Shown: positions 30,198 to 39,682 of the stretch, in pieces
Position numbering within the stretch: the stretch's first letter is position 1
Layout of the letters: each line of letters starts with the position of its first letter
Assembly: GCA_963663035.1 (NCBI GenBank)
Contig: OY760074.1
Span: forward strand, 1,152,001-1,216,000
Length of the DNA stretch: 64,000 nt
DNA from: Acidobacteriota bacterium
GTDB lineage: Bacteria; Acidobacteriota; UBA6911; RPQK01; JADFOI01
Reading direction: 5' to 3'
Position numbers and translations under genes: made by a program
The notes under the pieces: generated by a model
Told to the model about the DNA's origin: nothing
The model's database searches: none
Seen by the model: the letters and a program-made list of their open reading frames with translations, nothing else

Positions 30198-31967
30198 TTG
30201 AGGGGAGGCACGGTGCTCGGTAAGACATTCTCTCAGTACCGCATTGAGGCAAGTTTAGGCAAAGGCGGAATGGGGGAAGTGTATCTGGCTCAGGACACCA
30301 CTCTGGATCGCAAAGTTGCACTGAAGTTCCTGGCCGAAGAGATGCAGCAGGACAGCAATGCCAGACTACGCTTTCTGAGGGAAGCCAAGTCGGCGGCATC
30401 CCTGGATCATCCCTATATCTGCAAGATCTACGCCGTAGGAGAGGACCAGGGAAAGTCCTTCATTGCGATGGAGTACGTTCAGGGTGCAACCCTGAAGGAT
30501 CGCCTGGCCAAGGGTCCTTTGAAACTAAAGGAGGCCCTGGTTACAGCCGTGGAGATGGCCGAGGCCCTGGAGGAGGCCCATAACAAGAAGATCGTTCATC
30601 GAGATATCAAGCCCTCCAATATTATGCTGGCACAGACCGGCCATGTGAAAATCATGGACTTTGGTTTGGCCAAGTACCTTGCTGCTTCTGGGGATGAAGA
30701 GCAGGTGAATACCACGGACCTCACCGAGGAAGGATCCGCCCTGGGGACTGTGCCCTATATGTCTCCTGAGCAGATCCGGGGGCAGCCAGTCGACACCCGT
30801 TCAGATATCTTCTCCTTTGGCCTGCTGCTTTATGAGCTGCTCACCGGTGTGAACCCTTTTCGGAAGGGTACGACCATGGATACCGCCCAGGCTATCATCA
30901 ATGAAACGGCGCCCCCCTTGGCTCGCTTCACCCACGACATTCCCGAACTGCTCCAACACGTTGTCAGGAAGATGCTGAACAAGGAAGCAGAGAGGCGCTA
31001 CCAACTCATTCATGAGGTGCGGATTGATCTGGAAGACCTTTCCAGGATGATCGAACGGATGAGCGACACGACGCTGAGCGGGAGTAACATGGAGGCCACC
31101 ATACCGCTCGCAGGTTTGACACCCAGCACGACGGTTACAATGCCGGGCATTGACCCAAGGTCTGTCCCGGAGAGAACGGAAAAGGGCCGGTCGAAGCAGC
31201 GCTATTACGTAGGTGGAGTCTCTGTTGGCCTGGCTGGTCTCATCCTGATGCTGGCACTGTATTGGCCCAAAGCAGGGCCAGATCCTCTCCCTCTCCCCGG
31301 TAAAATTTCGACGCTGACGGGAGAGATGGTGCTGGTTGCAGCGGGGGAATCTCTCAGCGCTTCAGGTGGGGTCGGGGAGGTGGGGTATGCTGACTTCTAT
31401 CTCGACAGGTATGAGGTCACCAACCGACAGTTCAAGCAGTTTTGTGACGAAACTGGGCGTTCCTATCCTCCTGATCCTGAGATGATCCAAGACTACTTTT
31501 TGGGAAAGGCCGACTACCCGGTCGTGAACGTCACCTGGCAGGAAGCGAGGGCCTTTGCAGCCTGGGCAGGCAAACATCTTCCTTCTTTGCAGGAGTGGGA
31601 AAGGGCGGCACGCTCCTGGGATGACCGTCTATGGCCCTGGGGAAATGAGCTGCCGCAAGGAGAGGCCAACTTGGGAGGAAAAGAAGATGGGAGTGAATTC
31701 ATGGCATCAGTAGCCGCTTTTCCTCTGGATGTCAGCCCTTACGGTGTTGAGCAAATGGCTGGAAACGTAGCCGAATGGACTGTCCTGTTCGAGGAGGGGC
31801 AGGGTAGGGAAGTTCCCGTCATTAAAGGGGGAAGTTGGGTCAATCAACTGGCCGACTACGGCGAGACTTCCCCGGTAGTGGCCCGCTTTAAGCCAGAGAA
31901 TAGAACCCGCATGGACGGAGTGGGCTTCCGCTGTGCGGCTTCCCCTGAGGAGATTCAAAGACCATGA
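30198..31967 (+). CDS. Ser/Thr protein kinase with TM helix and C-terminal FGE-sulfatase (SUMF1) domain
   Basis: GKGGMGEVY, VALK, HRDIKPSN, DFGLA. After the TM: YEVTN, PVVNVTW, GNVAEW, GFRCA. Confidence 0.93.
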   Translation: MRGGTVLGKTFSQYRIEASLGKGGMGEVYLAQDTTLDRKVALKFLAEEMQQDSNARLRFLREAKSAASLDHPYICKIYAVGEDQGKSFIAMEYVQGATLKDRLAKGPLKLKEALVTAVEMAEALEEAHNKKIVHRDIKPSNIMLAQTGHVKIMDFGLAKYLAASGDEEQVNTTDLTEEGSALGTVPYMSPEQIRGQPVDTRSDIFSFGLLLYELLTGVNPFRKGTTMDTAQAIINETAPPLARFTHDIPELLQHVVRKMLNKEAERRYQLIHEVRIDLEDLSRMIERMSDTTLSGSNMEATIPLAGLTPSTTVTMPGIDPRSVPERTEKGRSKQRYYVGGVSVGLAGLILMLALYWPKAGPDPLPLPGKISTLTGEMVLVAAGESLSASGGVGEVGYADFYLDRYEVTNRQFKQFCDETGRSYPPDPEMIQDYFLGKADYPVVNVTWQEARAFAAWAGKHLPSLQEWERAARSWDDRLWPWGNELPQGEANLGGKEDGSEFMASVAAFPLDVSPYGVEQMAGNVAEWTVLFEEGQGREVPVIKGGSWVNQLADYGETSPVVARFKPENRTRMDGVGFRCAASPEEIQRP

Positions 31968-34900
31968 CAGAACTGAAGAAGCCCGGTTTTTCGCGAACCT
32001 TGATGGTAAGGCAGCGGCAGGGGATCCACACCCTGTTGCGATTCTTGGTGGTGTTGCTGTTCTGTGGCAGCTGGGTCCTTCCGGCAGGCACCCAGTACGC
32101 CGTAGTGGTGGGTATCTCTACCTTCCGCAACCTTCCTGAGCAAGCCTGGTTGGAGTTCGCCCATTCCGATGCGCGCGTCTATGCCGACTTCTTAAAGAGC
32201 CGCTATGTGCGAATACCTCCCGAGAACGTCACCACCCTGCTCAACGAAGATGCCACCACGGTCAAGCTCAAGAGTGCTCTGGGAGAACTGCTGAAGAAGT
32301 CCACTGAGGAGGACATTGTTTACATCTATATTGCCAGCCACGGGACCGTGGATCTGGATTTGAACGAGGCCTTCTTTGTCACCTATGACACGGATCCTGA
32401 GAATCTCTATGGAACGGCCTACCGGATGAGCGAGTTTCAGTATATTACCAACCAGGTCAAGGCCAAGCACCTGATCGTGATTTCCGACGCCTGTAAGAGC
32501 GGGGGTATCGGGGCCAGCATCTCTGGAAGCCGTCGAGACATCGGGGAAGACGAGGTGGTGGTCAACGAGTACTTTCGAGATATCCTGGAAGAGAATGAGG
32601 GTGTGGGGAAATCTCAATTTATCTACGCGGCTGCGGGAGCGCGAGAATCCTCCATCGAGGATGGCGCCCTGGGAGGCGGAGTCTTTACCAAGTACCTGAT
32701 CGAAGCCCTTCAGGGAGCCGCTGACAACAACCAGGACGGGAATATAACGGCTGCCGAAGCCCACGATTATGTTTTCAACCATGTCCGTCAATTTACCCGG
32801 GGCCGCCAGAATCCCATGATCGTCAACAGTGCCCAGTACGATGGGAATCTGGTGCTGGCCGTGACCGAGCCTGGGGCAGAGGTGGGGCGGCTGCTTGAAC
32901 CGGATGTTCCAGGGACGGATCGCGACCTACTTGTGACTCCTCCGCCTGCTGACCCACGACCCGTAGCAGCTGATTCTTTTTCATCGACTCCCACCCCGCT
33001 ACCCTCAGCTGCCACATCCGGATTCGGCAGCCTGTTGGTAGAAAGCCCTTTGGAAGGGGTGGCAATACTCATCAACGGGAACCGAGCCGGTGTTCTGCAA
33101 GGACAACCCCTTTTGGTCACGCTGCCGGCGGGTGATTATCGCTTGAAAGCTGACAAAGCTGACCATGAGACCCTGGAGGAGCCCATCTCGATCCAGCCCA
33201 ATCAGCAGCTCAACCGGGTGATCCAGCTGCGGCCCCTCTTTGACCCCCAGTTCAAAGAAGTGGAAAACAAGTTTCTGGATGCGCGGGGTGTCTACTGGGA
33301 CGAAGACCCGGCCAAGGCCGAGCAGTTGTTCCAGGAGGTTTTTGATACCTTGCTGGAGTGGGGACAGACCAGAGCCCTGAGCCTGGAAGAGGATGAGTAC
33401 CTGGTGGATTCTTTTATTCACCATACCAATCTTCAAATGGCCGGGGACAAGGGAGTGCAAACGCTGGAGTCATGGATAGAGAAGTTTTTTACAGTCCACA
33501 TCCTGTTGCCCGGTGCTGACCAGTTCAATGAACCGGAACGCTACCTGGAGGTGGTCCGCGAGCATGCTGTTGAGTTCATCGTCAACAGTCAGGTGCCCGA
33601 GGCCCGCTTGACCATTGATGCGTTACCGGAGAAGAAAATTCAAGGAGAGGAGCACTTTTTCATCAAACCGGGACGTCACCAGATCCGGATGAGCAAAGAC
33701 AACTATAGACCCTTTGAGACCGTCATTGATTTTCTTCCCGATGTGCAATACAGCCCCTTGATCTATGAGGGATATCTGCAGCGCCTGCAGGTTCTGGCCT
33801 TGAGCGAACATCCGCTGACGGCCACGGTCAACCGCTTATCGGAGGTCGAGGCGCGCCCTCTGGAACCCTTGCTTTCCGAACTCAATCCCAAGATCCGCCA
33901 GGAGGTGCAGCAGCGTGTCTCGGCCAGCGGTCTGAATGCTTCACGTCTTTCGGCCGTCTATTTTGACCAGATCAATCCCAACACCAATCGGCTGGTGTTG
34001 GACTTCTCTCGGCCTGGATATGAAGAAAAGAGCTACGAAGTGGCTTTGGACCAGGATGTTTTGGACGGCATCCACTTGCTGGATGGCTACTGGGTCATGG
34101 AAGAGGTGGTGCGATTGGAGCCCATGATCGGTCATTTGAGCATTGTCTCGACCCCTCCCGGAGCCGAGGTCCTGCTGAACCGCCAGGAGATTGGGACCAC
34201 TCCCTTTGATGGGGACGTTCCCGTGGGCGACTATGAGATCAAGGTCAGCCACCCGATCGCAGGCACCTATCTGGAGAGCCTCACCGTGGACCGGGATCAA
34301 AGTTATACCATTGAAGCCCAGCTGAAACCCGTGCTGGTCTATGTCGGAGTGCTTCCCAGTCCAGAAGTGGACTCCGAGAAACTGGGCGATCTCAATGAGG
34401 AACTTTCCCAGCAGATCCAGGCACGACTGGAGAGCTATCTGCTGGATATTCAGCCGGCGGCCCGTTACGAGTTTTGGGATCAGTTCCTGGAGATGCTCGG
34501 CGACGGGATCCAGGAAGGAGAGATGGAGGGTGCCATGAGGCACCTGGACATTATCTCAGAGCGCTTTGACAGCCGACTGATTCTCTTTGGCGCCTTTCGC
34601 ACCTTGAATGAATATCTGGCCAATCGTCTCAGCCTTTTCTTGATCAACGTGACCAACCCCCGTCCCAATATCTGGGAAGTCAATTCCCGCACCTTCAACG
34701 AGATGGACTCTGTGGTGGACCTGATCAACTACGCTCCCCAGGTGGAGGAGCAGTTTTTTCGCAACTGGACGGGCCTCAAGGTTTTAGACACACAGGTGAC
34801 GGGACATGAGTTAGTGGTGATCGATGTCTATGCCGGCTCTCCGGCGGAGATGGCGGGTTTGAGCAAGGGGGATGTGATTGAATCCGTGGATGGCGAGAGA

Positions 34901-35373
34901 GTGGATGCTTTGGGCCTCTATGAAGCGATCAGCAGGAAGAAGCCCGAAGAGGAAATTGTGCCCTGGCAACCCTGACGGGAACGAGTCGGGTCACCATCCA
35001 GGAGAGCCCGGCAGTCATGAGTTCCAAAGACCTTCTCAACAACTCCACCATGGTTGCGCTGGAAGCTGCTTTGGAGCGCTACCCGGAAGACTCCCTAAAG
35101 CACCAGCTGGCCCTCCTTCACATCGGAATCGGCCATATGAATTTCGAAAACTGGCACTTGGCCATCGAAGGCCTCAATGCCCTGGATCAGACACAGATCT
35201 CCCCCGGTTATGTGTCCTACCTGCTGGGTCGCTGCTTCGAAGCTTTAGACGAACAAGAGCAGGCGATTCTCTACTATGAACAAGCCCAGGCGGCCGACAG
35301 CAGGGTTCTGGGTTTCGAGTATGCTGATTCCGGGGCCCAACTGGCCGAGTGGCGGCTCAGAGCTATACGGTAG
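31964..35373 (+). CDS. caspase-family (C14) protease with PEGA, PDZ and TPR-like domains; frameshift at ~34960
   Basis: YAVVVGIS, YIASHG and ISDACKSG (His-Cys dyad), GGVFT..LIEAL.G.AD. PEGA (STPPGAEV), PDZ (GSPAEMAGL). The -1 frame continues into ORF 35017-35373. Confidence 0.85.
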
Positions 35374-35583
35374 CCGGTATTATGCATAGATTGTCTACTG
35401 CAGTGCCACAATCATCCACGCTGACTGCGTTGTGCGACCCGCACATGCGGGTACCCCTTGGGCTCCTCGGCGTACTACATGAGTACGCCTGCGGGGCCCG
35501 ACCCGCAAGCGGGTGCCCTCACACGCCTTGTCATCGCGGCGCCTGCGGCACTTCGTCACGAAAACCTATGCATAATCCCGGCT
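35371..35583. mobile_element. MITE/REP-like family A, copy 5
   Basis: TAGCCGGTATTATGCATA...TATGCATAATCCCGGCT. Begins at the TAG stop of the upstream gene. Confidence 0.85.
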
Positions 35584-35596
35584 TAGGAGGTCAACC

Positions 35597-37066
35597 ATGA
35601 GAAAATCCCTGCTTTTCCGTTCCCTGCCAGTCCTGTTGATCCTGCCCTTCTTACTTTGGTCCAATCTTGTGTATTCTCAAACGGCCCGCCGGGCCCTGAA
35701 TACTGCGATAGGGATGGAAGAGGAAGGCAACCACGAGCAGGCCCTGAGTATCTATGAGCGCTTGATCGATGGAGATCAAGACGAGGAGGTCACCTTACTG
35801 GCCAGGATTCGAGCCGGCACGATTTATCTGAATCAGAAACAGGACTATGCTCAAGCAGAGCAGTTTTTTGAGAGCGTGGTGTCCCACGTCGAGTATTCGG
35901 AGCTGGCCTCTGAAGCCCTCTTCAACCTGGGCAAAATTCGTTATCAGCAGGCTCGTACCGTGGAAGAGATTCAGGATGCTCTTGGCGAATTCCGGCAGGC
36001 CATTGAAATCTATGGAGACACCTCGGCGGCCCTGGATTCCCTCATGTTTGCAGGTATGATTGAGGAAAACATGAACAACCTCTCACGGGCCGTCTTTTAC
36101 TATCAGACTGCTTTCTACCAGTACCCGGAAAGTGAATTGGCCTCCCAGGCTCAGTTCAGGTTGGCCCGATGCTACATGTTGATGGGATCGATCGGGGAAG
36201 CCCTGGAAGAGCTGCAGAAGGTTCGACTCAATTATCCCCAATCCCCCGAAGCCCGGCTGAGTCTGGATGCTTCCTCCAGCATCTATCGTCTCTTCTACTC
36301 AAACAAAATCACGGAGCTCTATCGTCAAAGCGCCATCACCACGCCACAACTGGATAACCCCACTCAAATTGAGTTCGTCTCAGACGGCAATCTTTTGCTC
36401 CTGGACAAGAACAGAGTCCTCACCATAGGAGTGGATGAGAAAACCGTAAACGCCGGCCGAAGCAACAGCGCCAGCATCTTTGTGGATAGAGAGGGTAGGG
36501 TGCACAACGTGACCGACCGTGCTATCCGGAGTGGCGCGCAAAACATCCTGGTCCAGTTTCAGGACAAGGATGATCTCAAGGTCTTTGACAAGATCAAAAC
36601 TTTTGTCCAGAACTCGTTTGGAGAAGGGTATGTGGCGGGAGACAAAGAGGGAATTTGGGGACTTCAGCTGCAAGGCCGCAACTTTCTAGCTGTTCCCCTG
36701 CCTGGGGCTAGGATTGGCAAGGTCGCTCGTCTTCGCGTGGACAGCCGTGGTGCTCTATATGCGCTGGACCAGGATCGCCGGCTTTTGAACATCGTGGATC
36801 GCGACGGCACCTTGCTCAAGCAGATCAATGCCAAGAGCTACGGGATTGACCGCATCCAGGACTTTACCATCGACTTTTTCGATAATCTCTACTTGCTCAA
36901 CAGAGATGGCGGATTTGTCGTGCTACAGAATCTGTACAGTGCCGAAGACAAACTCGCAGCATTGGCCCGAGTTCCGACCACCGTGAAGAAACCCAAAACG
37001 ATCGGTGTGGATCATGCGGGTCGGGTCTACGTCGCTGGAGAAAAAAATCTCGAGAGTTTCAGCTGA
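35597..37066 (+). CDS. secreted TPR (BamD/YbgF-like) plus NHL/beta-propeller protein
   Basis: Signal peptide, ALFNLG/AQFRLARCY...YPQSPEA TPRs, VDSRGALYALD repeats. RBS AGGAGG. Confidence 0.75.
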   Translation: MRKSLLFRSLPVLLILPFLLWSNLVYSQTARRALNTAIGMEEEGNHEQALSIYERLIDGDQDEEVTLLARIRAGTIYLNQKQDYAQAEQFFESVVSHVEYSELASEALFNLGKIRYQQARTVEEIQDALGEFRQAIEIYGDTSAALDSLMFAGMIEENMNNLSRAVFYYQTAFYQYPESELASQAQFRLARCYMLMGSIGEALEELQKVRLNYPQSPEARLSLDASSSIYRLFYSNKITELYRQSAITTPQLDNPTQIEFVSDGNLLLLDKNRVLTIGVDEKTVNAGRSNSASIFVDREGRVHNVTDRAIRSGAQNILVQFQDKDDLKVFDKIKTFVQNSFGEGYVAGDKEGIWGLQLQGRNFLAVPLPGARIGKVARLRVDSRGALYALDQDRRLLNIVDRDGTLLKQINAKSYGIDRIQDFTIDFFDNLYLLNRDGGFVVLQNLYSAEDKLAALARVPTTVKKPKTIGVDHAGRVYVAGEKNLESFS

Positions 37067-37073
37067 GGAATCG

Positions 37074-37907
37074 ATGACCATGACTCTCATGATGTCCAAG
37101 AAGTTAGCCGGTCTTCTGGTGCTCTTGTGCTGCTGGGCAAGTCCTTTTGCTCAACAGGAAGAAGAGGATGTGTATCAGAGTGCCAAGGGATTATTCTATG
37201 CCGGTTACCTGGCAACGCCTCCCCCACCCCAGGAGCAATCCATACGGGACCAGGAGCAATCCACACCGGCCCGGGAGCAATCCGCACCAACTGAGGCGCC
37301 TGTGCCTATTTTGAATACCAACATCAGCCAACTGCAGGAATATATGGGAATCCGCTACCGCATCACCCAACTCCTGGAGGACTGTGAGCAAGTGCCCTTG
37401 GATGCCAATTCCACCTTTCACGCCGGGGATCAGATTCGGCTTTCTCTGGAAAGCAATGCAGACGGGTATCTGTATATCCTCAACCAGGGCACAAGCGGTT
37501 CCTGGAACTATATCTTTCCCCATCTCACCATCAACAGCGGTGACAACTTCATTCGCAAGGGAGTGGAGTACACGATTCCCCCACGTTCCTGGCTGCGTTT
37601 TGATGAAAATCCGGGTGATGACGTGCTGATCATCTTGCTCAGCAAAATTCGTCTGGATCCGTTTGAAAGCGGGATTATTCGCCAGCGGCGGGCCTCTTCC
37701 CAGCAGCCGTTGACTGCCGAACTCATCAGCGAACTCAACGATCACATCAAGACGAGAGACCTGGTTTTTGCCGAGGAATATGCTCCCGTGCAGCATCAAA
37801 CCATTGACAAGGCCCAGATACAGAATGTGTATGCGGTGAACCAGAACCCGGACTCCTATTTTGTGACTCAGCTGGTTCTTCGGCATCTTCCACCCGCTGA
37901 CCGATAA
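37074..37907 (+). CDS. secreted DUF4384-domain protein
   Basis: FHAGDQIRLSLESNADGYLYILNQGTSG..IFP...FDENPG. 3 x 21-bp repeat at ~37229-37290. Confidence 0.8.
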   Translation: MTMTLMMSKKLAGLLVLLCCWASPFAQQEEEDVYQSAKGLFYAGYLATPPPPQEQSIRDQEQSTPAREQSAPTEAPVPILNTNISQLQEYMGIRYRITQLLEDCEQVPLDANSTFHAGDQIRLSLESNADGYLYILNQGTSGSWNYIFPHLTINSGDNFIRKGVEYTIPPRSWLRFDENPGDDVLIILLSKIRLDPFESGIIRQRRASSQQPLTAELISELNDHIKTRDLVFAEEYAPVQHQTIDKAQIQNVYAVNQNPDSYFVTQLVLRHLPPADR

Positions 37908-37957
37908 TCTTTCTTAGTGCTTCCTTCACTGATTGACCGAACGAGGTCCGACCTGCA

Positions 37958-39058
37958 ATGGAAACCAACAAGCTTTTAGAGCACTGGCAAGACGAAGGGG
38001 ATTTTCGCTTTCTTTACCAGCAGTTGGCGGAAAGCGACAAGGATCCGGAGCGGAAAGGCTTCTTCGCTGAGATGGCTGCCATCGAGCAGCGCCACCAGGA
38101 CGTCTTTGCTGAATTGCTGGAGAAGCAGGGTGTTCCCTTACCCAACTTTTCTCCGGTGCTGCGGGTGCGTCTGTTGGCCCTGATAGGGAGGGTCTGGGGG
38201 GTCGATGTGATGCTGCCTGCGATTATTCGGTCCGAAGCCAGCGAGACACGGGAGTTTCTCCGAGAGAGCATCTCCTCAGAGGGAAAGATGAAAGAGGTTG
38301 TCCGTCAGCTGGCCCGCGAGAGTGGTGAACACGCTCAGGAACTGATGAAGTTGGGGGACTTTAGCGGTGAGCCCTGGCACCGTGTCAGCAGTGGAGGGTT
38401 CCTGCGCAATGTGATTTATGGATTCAACGATGGGCTTACAGCCAATTTCGGTCTGGTTATGGCTGTGATTGGAGCCCAGGTGGGGCACCAGGTGGTTCTG
38501 GTTTCGGGGTTGGCCGGCATGATTGCGGATTCGCTCTCCATGGGCGCCAGCGGATATCTTGCCTCAAAAAGCGAGCAGGAAGTCTATGCCAATGAGATTC
38601 GCATGGAAGAGGAAGAGCTCGAATTAATGCCTGAACTGGAAAAAGAGGAATTTGTGACCCTCTATCAGCTGCAAGGGTTGGATGCGGAGTCGGCCCGTCA
38701 GCGTGCGGAAGCTGTCATGGCCAACAAACCACAGGCCTTGGAGGAGATGGTTCGACTCGAGCTTGGTTTAAACCCCAATCAAGCCATGTCACCCTTGAAG
38801 GAAGGGTGGATTACCGGGCTGGCGACGGCCGTGGGAGCGCTGATACCGATCCTTCCTTTTCTCTTCTGGCAAGGAACGGTGGCGCTTGCGAGCAGTATCG
38901 TGATCAGCATGCTCAGCCATTTTTTGGTGGGTGCGGGCCGCAGCGTCTTTACCGGCCGCAGTGTGATCCGAAGCGGGATTGACATGTTCCTGGTGGGACT
39001 CGGAGTAGCGGCTGTCGGCTATTTCTTCGGGGATATATTTGTGCGCCTTTTCTCGTAA
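37958..39058 (+). CDS. rubrerythrin-like plus VIT1/CCC1 iron transporter
   Basis: N-terminal E..H ferritin-like motifs. LRNVIYGFNDGL and SMGASGYLA. Confidence 0.88.
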   Translation: METNKLLEHWQDEGDFRFLYQQLAESDKDPERKGFFAEMAAIEQRHQDVFAELLEKQGVPLPNFSPVLRVRLLALIGRVWGVDVMLPAIIRSEASETREFLRESISSEGKMKEVVRQLARESGEHAQELMKLGDFSGEPWHRVSSGGFLRNVIYGFNDGLTANFGLVMAVIGAQVGHQVVLVSGLAGMIADSLSMGASGYLASKSEQEVYANEIRMEEEELELMPELEKEEFVTLYQLQGLDAESARQRAEAVMANKPQALEEMVRLELGLNPNQAMSPLKEGWITGLATAVGALIPILPFLFWQGTVALASSIVISMLSHFLVGAGRSVFTGRSVIRSGIDMFLVGLGVAAVGYFFGDIFVRLFS

Positions 39059-39202
39059 AAGATATTCGTAAGAGAGCAGATTCCTGGATTGTGATGTCGT
39101 AGAGGACATGTTAGTATGCGAGGTTAAGTTCACGAGAATCGGTCTCATGAAGCACCAAACACTGTCTGTTAGGTCTCGCATCATTAACATAAGGAGGGCG
39201 CG

Positions 39203-39670
39203 ATGAAAGAGCGTATTACTCTGAACGTCAACAATGAGTCTTACGACGTCGAAGTAGAGCCGGATATGCCGCTGCTCTACGCGCTGCGAAATGACCTGGA
39301 GCTGACGGGAGTCAAATTCGGCTGCGGATTGGCCCAGTGTGGGGCCTGTACGGTCATCATGGAAGGCAGAGCCATTCGGTCTTGCATGACACCAGTGCGA
39401 TCTGCCCAGGGTCGTGAAATCCGAACCATCGAAGGCCTGGGAACCGCTGAGCAGCCTCATCCTGTGCAGCAGGCATTTATCGAGGAGCAGGTGCCCCAGT
39501 GTGGCCTCTGTCTGAGCGGTTGGCTCATGACGTCGGTTGCGCTTCTGGAAGCCAATCCGAACCGGAACGATGCTGAGATTCGGCGGGGGCTTGCCGGCCT
39601 CAAGTGCCGCTGTGGCACACACATGTCGATTCTCCGAGCGGTCAACAAAGCAGCCAAGGCAATGGCTTGA
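39203..39670 (+). CDS. (2Fe-2S) subunit of a xanthine dehydrogenase-family oxidoreductase
   Basis: GCGLAQCGACTV, QCGLC, CRCG. Confidence 0.93.
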   Translation: MKERITLNVNNESYDVEVEPDMPLLYALRNDLELTGVKFGCGLAQCGACTVIMEGRAIRSCMTPVRSAQGREIRTIEGLGTAEQPHPVQQAFIEEQVPQCGLCLSGWLMTSVALLEANPNRNDAEIRRGLAGLKCRCGTHMSILRAVNKAAKAMA

Positions 39671-39682
39671 GGAGGGATACAA

